From positions 137,268,001-137,332,000 of the forward strand of contig NC_042999.1 of NCBI RefSeq assembly GCF_006345805.1: a DNA stretch of 64,000 nucleotides, written 5' to 3'. Source of the DNA: Octopus sinensis. Lineage: Eukaryota. Positions 13,000-26,390 of this stretch are shown here, piece by piece; positions within the stretch are counted from its first letter, which is position 1, and the number at the start of each line of letters is the position of its first letter. The notes beneath the pieces are model-generated. The model was not told the DNA's origin. It saw nothing but the letters and a program-made list of their open reading frames with translations, and made no database searches. The position numbers and the translations under genes are program-made.

Positions 13000-13400
13000 G
13001 GTGCATAGTGAATGCAGCTGAGTGAACTGCATGCATGGAGATTAAAGGTAGCTGGGCAAGCCACAGCACATGGAGAGTGAGGGTAGCTGGGTAAGCTGCA
13101 GTATGTGGAGAGCAACAGCAGTTGGACAAGCTGCGGTGCATGGAGAGCAAGGTCAGCTGGACAAGCCATGGCGCGGGGTGAGTGAGGGCAGCTGGGTGAG
13201 CTGCAGTGTGTGGGGAGTAAGAGCAGCTGGGCGAGCTGCAGTGTGTGGAGAGTGAGGGCAGCTGGGTGAGCTATGGCACATGGAGAATGAGGGCAGCTGA
13301 ACGTGGAGAGTGAGGGCAGCTGGGCAAGCTGCAGCACGGGGAGAGTGAGGGCAGCTGGGTGAGCTGTGGCATGTGGAGAGTGAGGACAGCTGGGCAAGTC
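13000..13400. repeat. About 33-bp GC-rich minisatellite (~12 copies)
   Basis: Unit approximately gagagtgagggcagctgggtgagctgcagcatgtg; explains ORFs 12996..13397 and 13070..13255. Confidence 0.85.
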
Positions 13401-14979
13401 ACAGTATATGGAAGCAGCTGATGTTCAGTTTCAACATGTGTTCTTAGAAAAAACAAGCAAAAAGGGAATCCCACTAGTGTGAAATTCCAGTAAGAAGGTT
13501 GTGGGCAAAGTGCTTTATATGAAGCCTTATGAGACACAGTCAGTGACATAATCGGTTGGTTAGGTAGGTTTTGTGACTGGAGAAGGTAGGTAGTTAGCTT
13601 GTTCAGAGGAACAAAAGCTATTGTCAAAGTGAAAGTAGTGGCAAAGAGTGGAAGCTAAATATTGGATTGAAGTTTATTGGAGAGTAAATATTTATCAGTC
13701 AAATTGCCTTGCTTTGTGTACTATGTAGGATGATTTTGTGTGTGTTTGTGGGTAGCAGCAATATTGTGTAAGGCATGTGAGCAATCAAGTAATATGGGCC
13801 TTACATGAGAGGATTAGGATTGAAAATAAAACTTAATTCCTGTGGTCTAGTTTGAGAGTTACATGACTGAACCTTGGGGCACACCAGAGATGAAGAGTGT
13901 ACACACTTTAATAGAGTAGTAATATAGCAGGAAATTTCTGTTCCTAGAAATGAGAGATGGATAAATCCCACACTATTTTACAAACCTCAGTTAAGCTTAC
14001 TGGAAATATCCACTCCACCTCCCAATGTACATTACTATTGGCTTGTTTATTGGTTGGTTGACTGACAATGTTTAAAGGTGCTTGTCTGCAAATATATTTA
14101 GTTTAACAATTTATCCAAATATCCAAAATTGAAGAGCTACTCATTAAAAAGTATAAGCAAATTGGATGCAGAAAAAAATCCCATTAAAAATGATGATGAT
14201 AATAATGCAGATGATGATAATAAAGAAAACTGTGTGTGGCCAGGAGAGGGGGTAATGTATGTTCAATCCTTTTATGATGCTTTTGTTGTCTATTATCTCT
14301 TCCATCTGAGAAGATATCTCTAATACTGAACAATTACTGGCAATTAATTGGTTTTACCAAACATATACATCATTGTGTTATTCTGATTTATTGCACACAC
14401 ACACGCACACTTTCAATTTAAGCATGTATTGATTAGTCTAAATGTTTGTGTATTAACACCTTTACTATATTCATACAGTATACATTTACTGTATGTTAGT
14501 ATGCGTGTAGTAAACTAAAACTGACATAGAATACTTGTCAAATATGTTATACATTTATTTATTAATTGCTAATCATCTGTCTCTGCTTTTTTTTTTAATT
14601 TAAGGCAATTTGTATGTTGATAATATCAATATTTTAATTATGCTCAGCTGTTTATTGTATAATTTCTAACATTTCACTTCAATAGCAAAAAGTCAAACAA
14701 CCAAAGACAAAATTAATGATATAGTAGTGTATAGGTTTTGTACATTGTTAGAACCTGAGATATATATTCAGGAACAATAACTGTAGAATTTTGGAAATGA
14801 TTAATACTGATTGGAATTGAAGCATTTGATATCTTCTTTTGCAATTTCTGATGATTTCTTATGGTAACCTAATACATAACATTGCTAAAACAGCATCACA
14901 AAGGTTAGGACTCCACTTCAGAGCCATGAAATACTTCAAACACAATTAGTTTCTGACTTTCAATAAGACTCAGGAAAGA

Positions 14980-15080
14980 CTCCTGACTGGAGTATTGCTC
15001 ACATTTATGGGATAATATTGCTGCTATGTATATAGAAATCATTGACTTCATCCAGTAGTTTCCCTCACTAACACACTTTG
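14980..15080 (+). mobile_element. CR1/L2/Jockey-type LINE RT C-terminal fragment
   Basis: Translation LEYCSHLWDNIAAMYIEIIDFIQ resembles the LEYCS.IW......LD.VQ motif. Confidence 0.45.
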
Positions 15081-15819
15081 GCCACCAGTGCACAAACATA
15101 GTTTCCTTTCTCTGCTTCTTTTATTACTACCACAATCACCTCCACTTCTCTGAAGTATTTATCAGCATACCCCCTGTTACAAAGTCTGACTTTTGCATAC
15201 ATATATACTTTATGCATTGCACTTATATATTTACATAATCCACTTCCTTGGTTACTCTTCTGTGTTGTAGCCACTATGGTTTCCAGTGATGATTGTATTA
15301 TATAATGATTAATGTGCTATTATATATTGTGCAGTAACTGCTGCTATCTGCAGTAAATTCTCTACTGTGCAGTGGCTAATATACTTTTCAGGTACCTACA
15401 GTGATAGATGCAGTAACCACTGTACTCTATCCTGCTCTAATAAACTGGAAAATTAGTCAAGAATTTTGCAGTTCCTATCCTGGCTTTAGGATTGCATTGT
15501 GACTATATACAAAAGACTTTGAGTCTCCCTAGCTCTAAATAGGTATTTCAGGTTGGTGTAATTCACTATTGTAAGCAGTGGCAGCACTATCAAAATGATA
15601 AGTATTTTATTATTCTACTATCCTAAATTCTAGTCTTGTAGTCATGTTGAAAGGATTGAGGAAACTACACCTTTGAGCTTCTACACAAAGACTGGCTTCT
15701 GTGTTGACCCTTCAGTGTCAACACTACAAGACCAATTGTCAAACCTGATGTACAGTTCTAAGAGACCAGTTATATTTTGTTTGCTCAGTTGCATTAAGTA
15801 ATTAGATTTTATTGTAATC

Positions 15820-16005
15820 ATTTGCCAGTGACATGTAAAAAAACACCCAGTACACTCTAAAGTGGTTGGCATTAGGAAGGGCATCCAGCTGTAGAAACCA
15901 TACTAAAATGGATGACTGGAGCCTAGTGCTGCTCTCTGGCTTACCAGTTCCAGTCAAACCATCAAAACCATGTCAGCATGGAAAACACATTGAATGATGA
16001 TGATT
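15820..16005 (+). mobile_element. RTE 3'-end / tail-derived repeat
   Basis: gtggttggcattaggaagggcatccagctgtagaaacc..catgtcagcatggaaaac..atgatgatg. Confidence 0.8.
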
Positions 16006-16569
16006 TGACAAAATTAAAACCGCTTTAATTGTTGTTGTTTAACTTCTGAGCAAATTCTATAATAAAGTGTTCCAGCTACAAACCATACATCTATTTTACA
16101 TGTATAATGTATCCAGGACTGCATTATCCATGGTATGATTTGAGGAAAGTTTGGTTGCTATTTCTAGCAGGTTGACTAACTATAGTTGTTTAAGATAGAA
16201 ACTGAATGAAGCTAATGAAAGGGCTTTTATGTAACTGTTCTGTCTGCTTGAAATAGCAACCAATTCTTAAAATCATGTTCTACCAGCTTAAAAGATTATA
16301 TTAGATAATGTTGCCTTATATACACAATGTTTGTACTAAAATATGGGATGGTCATAGCTGGAATGCCTTTGATCATAGTCCTGCTTGATCAGTTCTATCT
16401 TGAGACTAAAGAACAACAACCACTACAGAAGCTGTCTTATGTCTTTAGTATTCAATGTATCTTGTGGCTTTGGTTGGTTTATTTTAAACTGTTATATTAA
16501 TAAATTGTTTTCTTTTCTTCTAGTTCTTTGGGTTTATAATTTCCTGCATCACAATCTACATGTACACAG

Positions 16570-16748
16570 AAGAAGATGAGAGCTGTAAGTACATAACAAC
16601 TACTAGCACTTACACTCGCCCTAAAGACCGTGACAGCGGTGCCAAGTATCAGCCTGTACAGCTCCGGGACAGCTGGGCACTCCCCACCTATGTGTCCTAC
16701 ACGGAGAGCCTGGATTGGTCCTCCTCTGCTCAGTCGTCATCAGTTTGA
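16570..16748 (+). CDS. Candidate composite exon E3: 15-nt microexon (EEDES, 16570-16584) or read-through terminal exon xEEDESCKYITTTSTYTRPKDRDSGAKYQPVQLRDSWALPTYVSYTESLDWSSSAQSSSV*
   Basis: Acceptor cacag|AA and donor GCT|gtaagt at 16585. GC-rich island with coding-like codon pattern in an AT-rich background; phase 1; TGA 16746-48; ends S-S-V. Confidence 0.55.
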
Positions 16749-17631
16749 CTGCTACCTGCTCACCTGTGGCTCTTTTTCCGTCCAACCACCACCCTGACTT
16801 CTCTTACTACTACTACTACTACCTTAGATTGCGGCTTGCCATCCCTGCAGCCTCAGGTGCGTGACATTTCACTGCAGCATTAGTCTTCCTAGACCCAATT
16901 CTTAATGGTCACAACATAACCAGTTGGTTGTGTTAATGTTGTACACCAGTCATTTAAATATTGTACACTCTTTTATTTTTTATGCCCACCCCAATAGCAT
17001 TGGTCATTAGATTTTTCTTATGACAATGCTATCTAACCTTTGGATTAACTTGCTAGGTCTCCCATTAGACTATCCTTATTCCAGGGTTTTTCTCTAAGTA
17101 GGGTTCTTTTTTTTTCATTTGCACACTTAAAATTTTATTTACTTATCCCCCTTTTTTTAATTTTAAAAAGATTCTTTTTGGCTTTTTCACTAAAATATGC
17201 TTAATCTATAATATCTTCATGACTATATCATCTCAAAATTGTATCTTAAGTTTATTTCCTCAAAGATGATAGTAAAATTACATTTTTTCAAAAGGTAGCT
17301 ATCCTTAAGAAAAACTATACCTCCTTACATTTAAGTACATTTTATAGAAACGAAGGGATACTCAAGGTATTTGTAAGGTTTTAATATTCGAGTAAGACTT
17401 TAAGTTATTTAAAGTATTTTTCATTTACTTCTTCAAGTAAATATGTTTGGTTTGTGGTTTTGGAAGACTGGTCTATAAATAATGTCATAAAATAGCCCTG
17501 CAGGTTACAAAAAAAAAAGAGAAAAAGGTTTTAACCTTTACTCATGTTGTGGTAGCACTTGTATGCTGTTGGCTCTTAATCTATTGTTGCTAATAATAGA
17601 AACCCAAATGACAATGACAAAGAGCAAGCAA

Positions 17632-17677
<46 letters not shown>

Positions 17678-20509
17678 CCTATTTCTCTCACTCAATTTAA
17701 AGCATTTTTGTTATTGTTGTAGATTTTGGCAGGGTTATATTTTTAGTATTAATATTTAGATATTTAAAAAATTGTCACATTAATGACTCATGTCTAATTT
17801 TGTTCAATGTTTTCTCCAAAAATTACTCCATCATCTGTCAAGTAGTACCTTCTTAGTCAATGGAATGTCATTATTAGTTCAGCCCTTCAGATAAGCCAGC
17901 ATAATAACAAAATCTCAGTAACTATTATTATTTTCATTACAATAGCACATTAGGGAAATAACATGTATTGAATAGAAAAAAGAATGAACCCTTCCTTACT
18001 TTCTCCTTCCCCATCAGGCCATTTTATTCCTTTATTTTAATTCTTTTATTATTGCCTTGCCAAAGAAATTTTTGAAGCAGATATATTATTTATAAAGAAA
18101 TGAATTAATGAAGCATCAGATGTGTTATCCCTTACCCCTTAGTGCAAAATACAAAGACATCAAGCCCAGATAGACTTACAAATTTTAATATAATTGTTAT
18201 CATTTAAGCATCTCTACCATTACATATAATCTCTGATTCCTTGACAGCTAAAGTGGTATTTTTCATTAAATTCTGCATATGCTTATTCATACTAATCATA
18301 AAATTAGGTCAATGAAATTGGCAGAAGTGACTAGATCACCACACTAAATTCCTTATACTATTTAATTTCTTCAATTTACATTCAGATATGTTTAGTCCTA
18401 GGCAAGCCCTGAACATGCAACCCCTGTGATCGAAAGCATTCCAATCATAATTCCAATCTTGCTTTCAGATAGTATTTGTACTATATTATCTACTGTATAC
18501 TTTAAGTTAGCAGGGTGTGACTTGAGGGAGGTTCAACTGCTATTTCTTTCTGCCTAGTACCTCCATATAGTGGCTCCTTTGTTTGCCTTGCCTATATTCT
18601 TAGTTTTAAATCCTACTAAAAGTAACTTTGACTTTTATCCTCCCTAGATTTATTTAAAAAGTGATAGTAATATCCTGCTTTAAATCAATTGCCTATACAT
18701 TTCCCCTGCAAAAGATTATACTTGGGCCTAGTCAAAAACATAACTTTTAATTTTAAAACATTTTTTAGTCTCTCCACCCTGTCAGCTTTTCTACTTTCTA
18801 ATTTTCCCTTAGAGACGCTAAGCTGAGTTCGTCAAGTTAATGGGTCAACAGTCTATTATTTTACCTTTACCACACTATGTCCCTAGAAAATATTTTTAAC
18901 TCTCAATGGCCTAGACTAATTCATTATCAATAGGTGCCATGGGAACATAAGATACACATCTCGGTGATGGAGTTTGTAGGTTTTGTTACTTTGTGCTAAG
19001 TCCAATTCCTTGTGGATTACTAAAGATATGATAGATATTTCTCTTGAAGTCAACTGGGTTAATCACTCACTGTTAGTGTTTCTGATTGTCTGTATAACAC
19101 ACAGCAGATAAATGAAATATCAGATTGACTGACTCACAATATTAGCAACATTGTTTCTAAAAGTAAAAGGAAGATATTAGAGTAATATCCTAAACTTTGA
19201 TTGAGATTTTATCAATTACATTCAAAGTATGTTATAACGATAAATATTTTAAAATGTTTTGGACTATTAACATCATATTTCATAGCTTTAGTTCTCAATA
19301 TAGCTTTGTTTCAATTAGTCCTATCTTTGTGTCATAAGATCATTACTGATTAGTTAATCAGTAATTATATTTAAAATCATTGTTCACAAATGTGCAAATT
19401 TTTGTTATATAGCCCATGCCAGCAAGGAAAACAGATGTTAAACGATGATGAGATATATATTGTACCAAACAGTAACCTTTAAATTAAACATGATAGAATT
19501 TTTTAGAAATTAAATAAGTCATATGTGTCATCCACCCACATTAAATTAATTAGTAAATTAATTTGTATTGGCATATTTAATGTTGAAAATATTAACAAAA
19601 CCACTAAAACCGAATATGCGTGAAGGAAAGAAACATTAGTCAATGACTAACATTATTCTTGCACTTGCTAGAAAAATGAAAATTCTTCATGCATTAAATA
19701 TGTTAAAACTAAATTATTTATTCTTTGAAATTTTGTTAAACATCCTATACATAGTAGAAAATTACAAATGGCCATTTTGGTAGGCTATAACCCTAACAGC
19801 CTGACAAAAACATAAATGGTAGTAGTTCATATCCTGTCATTGGTACTGCACTGTCCAGAACCAAGACACTTGATTCTTGTTGACCAGATCCACCTATATC
19901 CAAACATGCTGCAGGTTATGTAATTCACCATTGTAAGTATCAGCTGTACTATTCAATTAGTGAGTGGTTTACTGGCTTGAAAAACTTGAGATTTTTCCTG
20001 GTGAGGAAAGCCATCTGTAATAATTCAGTATCTCACACAAAGAAAAGTTCACCTCTTGTCTGCTTAACGCTACAAAAAAATGTAGTTATACTTCATCTCT
20101 ATGGATCTTTGATTTCATAAAAATTAATATCTTGAAGATTCCAAGAGCACAAAAATAACCATTTCATAGTAAATTATGAAAATTTCTTCCTTCTATAAAG
20201 CTGCTTCTTGCATCTGTTGGTTATAAATCATCTTAGATTATATAGTAATTGTTTTCTAGTAACAGTATAGTAGATACTCTTTAGTGTAATCAATAACGTT
20301 GTCAACCAGCAAATTATAAGCATTCTTATATTGTCTAATGTACACTTGTTGATCTTACTTAAATCAAATGATGTTACTAATGACAAACATTTCAGAGACT
20401 ACTGTAGAGCAGTATCTACCAACAAATTAAATCTTCAGCCTAGTGTTTTATTTCTAGTTGTAGCCATCAGAATCTTTGAGATGGTTGACACCTTTCATTT
20501 GCACTAGAC

Positions 20510-20612
20510 TGGCAGAATTGGTAGTGACATTTTTTAATGACATTCCATTACAGTTTGATTTCAAGTTCTACCAAAGTTAGCTTTGCTTTCCATCCTTCTG
20601 TGATTGATAAAA
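20510..20612 (+). mobile_element. tRNA-derived SINE (family C) interrupted by a mariner
   Basis: ggcagaattggtag..ttcaagttc..ctttgctttccatcct..gataaaata; the SINE continues as aattaccagt after 21506. Confidence 0.6.
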
Positions 20613-20614
20613 TA

Positions 20615-21504
20615 TGAGGTTGTATCATAAAGTTTCCTGACTAGTTCTGTAGTATGCCAACAGATGGCAGCACACAGTTGAGTGCTCAGTGAGAGCTAGC
20701 AGTGACCTTCATGAGACAGTGTGCTGAGTGACATCACTGTGTTTACTTTGCAAGTTGTGAAATTTCTGTTTTTCTGATCGCGTGTATGCTGTAGTCTGCG
20801 ATTTTGTCATGAAGGAACAAAGAGCCAACATGAAATTTTGCATTAAACTTGGGAAGTCTGCTACAGAGACATTGAGCATGCTTCAGCAAGTATATGGGGA
20901 TGAGGCAATGGATCATATGCAATGTTTTGAGTGGTACAGTTGCTTCAAAAGAAGACAATGAGCAATCTAGAAGACCTGCCATGAGTGTCACCCCCAGAAA
21001 TGTGGTATTGTGCATTGAGAATTCATCCCCCTGGGCCAGACCACCGATCAAGAGTTCTACTGTGACATTTTGAAGTATTTGAGGGAAGACATTTGGTGAA
21101 AGCAACCAGATCTGTGAATCTTGAAGAATTGGATTCTTCATGACAACAATGCACCCTGTCACCAAGCTCTCCTTACTTGTGAGTTTCTCACCAAAAACAA
21201 AATCGTATCACTTCCATACCCACCCTGTTTGTCAGATTTAGCATCTGCAGACTTCCATCTCTCCTCCAAGATGAAATACAGGTCAAAGGTTGCCATTTCA
21301 TCACCATTGTTGATATCCAGAGTGAATTGCTGAAGGTCCTCGACTCATTTACTTCCAGGTTGGATTCCAAAAGTCGCAGGAACACTGGGACCAGTGTATT
21401 GCTGCACAAAGTGACTATTTCAAAAGCGATGATGCTAAAACTTAGGTAAATAAGTTATTTTTCATTAAACATAACTAGTCCTGGAACTTTTTGATACCAC
21501 CCCA
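20615..21504 (+). mobile_element. Internally deleted mariner transposon (890 bp)
   Basis: TIRs tgaggttgtatcataaagtttcctgactagtt / reverse complement tggggtggtatcaaaaagttccaggactagtt; TA at 20613-14 and 21505-06. N-terminal EQRANMKFCIKLGKSATET and C-terminal LHDNNAPCH, PYPPCLSDLASADFHL are present; the WVPHEL/first-Asp region is missing. Confidence 0.9.
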
Positions 21505-21689
21505 TAAATTACCAGTCAAACTAAATCTGTCCACACATATTTCTGTCCTAGTGCCTATGTACAGAATTATTATTATTGAAGACATTGCACAGAGGTCTAA
21601 TGGATTTCACAGCAATTTTAGAAAAAAATATAATTGAAGGAAACAAAATATTACCTGGAGTAATATTAAGAAGCCTTTGTGCCTCATAC

Positions 21690-21815
21690 ATTGTCCATGC
21701 TGGCATGGATTGGATGATTTAACTGGAGCTGGCAAGCTGGAAGGCTGCACCAGGCTCCAGTCTGATTCGGTATGGTTTCTGTGGTTGGATGTCCTTCCTA
21801 ATACCAACCACTCCA
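21690..21815 (-). mobile_element. RTE 3'-end / tail-derived repeat
   Basis: ccatgctggcatggattgg..ggctgcaccaggctccagtctgat..ccttcctaataccaaccactcc. Confidence 0.75.
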
Positions 21816-21859
21816 AGAGTATAATGTATGAGTATAATAATGATAGTGATGATGGTTCA

Positions 21860-22015
21860 ATTTTTGGTACAAGGCCAACAATTTCAGAGGAAGGGTAAGT
21901 TAATTACATTGCCTCTAGTGCTCAACTGGTACTTATTTTATCAGCCCTGAAAGGATGTGAGGCAAAGTCAGCCTTGGTAGAATTTGAACTCAGAACACAA
22001 AGCTAGAAGAAATGC
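21860..22015 (-). mobile_element. tRNA-derived SINE (family C)
   Basis: ggtacaaggcc..ctggtactta..gaaaggatg.aggcaaagtc..gaatttgaactcagaac matches the 9161-10041 units. Confidence 0.7.
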
Positions 22016-22229
22016 CAATAAAGAGCTTAGAGTATACAGACAATGCTTAGGTGCACTACAGCTCATCACAAAATGCTAAAAAATGAGGAGGATAAATAGC
22101 AATATGTAAAGAAAGAAAGCAATGTTAGCCAAAAGTAATGCATAAGATAAAACAAAAGGCAGAAAAGTGATCAGCAAAAGAGTTATAAAGAAAAAGGTGC
22201 ATAGGCACATCAGGAATAAAACTGGTGAA

Positions 22230-22920
22230 TTTTGGCACACATGGAAGTTTTGAAAGAACAGCTAACAACAGCCATATATAGCTTTAAATGAGAGCTGGTA
22301 AGCAGCTAACAAAGGTCTTACACCTTCAACCTTTTTGATAATTTTAGAAATGTTGTCCAATACAGATCATTGTTGACAATAATGGCTTACTGATGCTCAA
22401 CTGCAGACTCCATAAGGTTTGTGTAGTGGAAGGAGTTGGTAAATAATTCTGGGTTTTCCTTCACAAAATATATACTGGTACACTTGTTTACAACTAGCTT
22501 GAATTGCCACTTAGCAATTCATTACTGCATTGTTTCAAGGAAGACTGCAGGAAGATCTATAACATGGGATCCATTCTTTTTATCATGTGGTTTAGCTTAA
22601 TGTCTGCAAATTTTAGCACAATAACATATTTCAAATTGGCATCTATCCTATTGGCTGGTCTGGCTGATGGGTGGTCTGTTTGGTTGCAATTAATAAACAT
22701 ATGCCTAATCTTACTGTGTAAATAGACCTTATCATCAAATCTCAGAGCTTTCTTTGCAAAATAAACAAAGGAACAGTTGAAATAGTTTCATTCATTTGGT
22801 TATTGCCAACTTATCAAGAGTGTCTACTTCATTCTACTCATTAAGATCATTAGACCAAATCATACTGCAGATTGCTGTGAAACTATGCAATTAATAAATA
22901 AAAATTACTTTGGCTAGTTT
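22230..22920 (-). mobile_element. Degraded CR1/L2-type LINE RT fragment
   Basis: Minus translations LKFADIKL (~22593-22618; KFADDTKL motif) and KWQFKLVVNKC (WQL.FN..KC motif). Confidence 0.6.
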
Positions 22921-22990
22921 TAATACCTTTGAGTCCTTTGTTTGTTAACAGCTACTACTAGTGATTGCACTAGCTCCTTAAATGCTTACA

Positions 22991-23039
<49 letters not shown>

Positions 23040-24589
23040 TTTGCAAAGAAAAGTGACTTCATTAAATATGCTGACAAAGACAACTAAACTGAAACTTTAG
23101 AGTCACTGTCAACCTTACCCCTAAAATTATATATAATACTCAACTTAAAAGTATTGAATGAGCCTTTAATTAAACCACATACCCGCGCACACACACACAC
23201 TTACACTATCTGTTCAGATTATCGATGGATAACTACTTAATATTTCAAAAAGTAATTTGATTTATATTGACAGGCATATGCTTTGAACTACAAAGGAATG
23301 CATGAAGTTCTAAACATAGGTTATATATCATATTCTACACTCTGCACTACACATGTACTATATATATATATATATAATGTATATGTATATATAATTTCCA
23401 CTGTGATGTCTCACATTTTCACGCTCTTTTTCTTTCCTTTTATGTAAATATATATCTGGGTACATAACAAATAAATACTCACAGAAATACAGGTATAGAT
23501 AAATAGTTATTGCTAATAGGTATCTGTAGGCAGATATAGAGAGTAAATTAGGTGTAGATAGTTTCATAGAAATAGATAAATTTCATTAACAGAGATAATA
23601 TAGTGTATGTCTCAACTAAAAAGAGGGAAAAACAAAAACAAAGGCAAGTTGTTATATTATATATTATCTTCATGTTTTATATTGGAACTAACCTCATTCC
23701 ATTAGTGCTCCATTATTGTTCTAAGATGTCTTAAGGTTGTTTTTTTGTAAGTTTAACAGTTATTGTTTTTTTATTATCAATTTTTTTCCTAAATAGTAAT
23801 TACTAGTCATTGTATGTCAGAACATGAACAATCTATCATTTTCTCTTTCTTGCTTGCTTTTTTTTTTTTTTTTTTTTTTTACTCTTTGTTCCAAAAGTAT
23901 CTTTCACTAGAATAATTACTATGGCAGCAGTTGACAATCCTTGCCATTCGTGACTAAGCAATCAGAATTCTGAATGAGATGAGAAATACAGAAGATAGAC
24001 ATTGTCAATTCAATCTTTTAAAGGACACAACTACAATTATTGTCAGATACTATGAACATAAGTTAGAGTTGGCACCATTCTAAAGGAATGCAAGGCAGTG
24101 GCAGAAGCAGTAATTAATCCAGAAAAGTTTTTGGGTTTGCAACTCAGCACCTGGAGAGGCAAGTTCTGCATTTTGATATATTGAAGAGACAGGTTGGTTA
24201 AGTTCCTTGGGTATAAGGTTTGTTCAAACCTCTGGATAGACAGCAAAAAGAGTGACCTTCAAGGTTGATAAAAATAAAGACCCAGACAAGTACTGGATCT
24301 AATGTAATCAACTTTCCCCCTCCTCTCAAAATTTCTGGTCTTGTACCAAAATTAGAAAGCATTATTATTATTGTTATTAAAGCAGTAGATGACTAAATCA
24401 CTTGAGCACTGGACAGAATATAAAGTATTATGTCTGATTATGTTCTGAGTTCAAATCCTATTAGATTCAGTTTTGCTGTTCATTTTTCTAGAATTGATGA
24501 ATACCAGTTGAGTGCACAGTAGATCTAGTCTAACTTTGTTGTCATGGGCAACAATTGGAAATTATTAGAATTACTACTGTTGTTATTGT

Positions 24590-24860
24590 AGCAGAACATC
24601 AGCAGTACTAGTTATTACTAATGCTGTTATTGAGTATACCATCATGAATAGAAGTTATTATTAATGTTGTTATTGAGTGGAGCATCAGCTGTACTAGTAA
24701 CTAGTAATGTTGTTATTGAGTTGTGCATCAGCTGACTAGTTACTACTAATGTTATCAAGTGGAGTATGTGTTACTATTAATATTGTTACTGAATGAACCA
24801 TCAATGGTGGAAGTTATTGCTAATGTTAATCAGTTGAAGCATCAATTGTAGAAGTCACAA
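24590..24860. repeat. Degenerate ~42-bp tandem repeat (~6 copies)
   Basis: Unit approximately agcatcagctgtactagttactactaatgttgttattgagtgg. Confidence 0.65.
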
Positions 24861-26229
24861 ATTAATTTTCTTACTGTGTTTAGTCTCCTCTGAATGTAGC
24901 ATCATATTTTTCTTCATTCATAAATCTGAGGCCTTATGGTAAGGTGGAAGACAAAATGCTTAACAGTATTTAAAGCCTTCTTCTATAATCTAAGTTCAAA
25001 TACTACTAGGATCACCTTCACCTATCATCCTGCCAAATCAATGACTTATCATTCAAGTGCTGGATTGATTCAGTTGATTTTTCAGCAAATTTCTGGTCTT
25101 GTACCAATGAAAGGAATTAAGGCAGTGAGCTGGCAGAATCATTAGTGTTGGACAAAATGCTTAGCAACATTTCTTCCAGCTTTACATTCTGAGTTCAAAT
25201 TCCACTGAAGTCAACTTAGCCTTTTCTGTATCATTAAGCTCATTTTGCAACCATGTGGTTCCATATTTGATCCCATTCTGCTGTACCTTGGACAAGTGTC
25301 TTTTATTTTCCATTTTATTTCTTATAAATGATGATAAAATTCATTTTAAAGTGTTTCATTTTGCTTTGGCTTTAACATTGTTTTAATCTCTATGAAAAAT
25401 ATATTAAAATTCTTGCCAAAGTAAATATATAGTAGAAAATACATTGCTCAGCGGGACTGAGCCTGAAACTATGCAGTTGGGAAGTGAAATTCTTAACCAT
25501 GCAGCCATGCTTGCACCTATACACATATGTATGAATGCCTATCTGTACATATGTAGGTGTATACATATATACATACATACATACAGAAAGTGAGACGAGA
25601 AAAATGTTCATTGGAAATAATAAATAGCGAATAAAACTTCCACATCACTAGGATTTGTGGATACTAGAAATGGTTTTGTAATATCAAGAGTCAATTCAAT
25701 AAAAAAAGAAAACTGACCTATTTGAGAGTACCGTAAGAAGAAATATCAAGCATTTCAAGTATCATTATAGAGAACTCTGCTTGAAATATTTTTACTTTTT
25801 TCTAATTAATTTAAACTACTTATATTTTTTTTGCTTTTCATCAATTTCGGTCAGTTATTTGTTAAGTCAGCAATGTAGAATTATCTTGAAACAGTTCTCG
25901 AAATTGAATTGTAAGAAATCTCATCTCCATTTGTTTTGGTCATTTTGCTTGTATTGTGGTTGATGAAATATTTGTTCCCATAATTTGCTTTGTCTTTGAC
26001 ACAACTTAGCGCTATACTCAACATTTTTTCTTTGTCTTTTTTTATTCATCTTATAACCTCAATTGTTATTGGTAATCCAACCCCAGTTATCATTTGCTTC
26101 AATTTAACAATGTTGAAAAAGTTTGTTTTGCAAATTTCCTGTATGCAGCTATAGAAGGTTCGAATATCTTACATCGATATCTCTTGCTCATAGCAACAAG
26201 TTTTCATTGTTAGGAGATAAAATTTTCAG

Positions 26230-26390
26230 GAATAAGTGCCTCTAGCAGAGTCCACTCAAGCCAGGTCTCTGATGTAAGGATATCCTCCCTTTCTCCCTCC
26301 AGTCTCAGAGGCCCTGAAAAGTTATGGACACTGCCCTTTTCTCCTTCATTTTCTGATGAAGTCGTTCAAGAAAAGAAAAAAAAGAATTAG
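26230..26390 (+). CDS. Candidate composite exon E4: 44-nt internal exon (xISASSRVHSSQVSD, donor after 26273) or terminal ...VRISSLSPSSLRGPEKLWTLPFSPSFSDEVVQEKKKKN*
   Basis: Acceptor aaattttcag|GA; open in phase 1 for 53 codons; donor GAT|gtaagg; Ser-rich and less AT-rich than the flanks. Confidence 0.4.

Noticed and set aside
16614-16740. Minus-strand zinc knuckle (GHIGGECP)
   Set aside because: The first two Cys are missing, there is no start or acceptor, and the plus-strand frame looks more coding-like.
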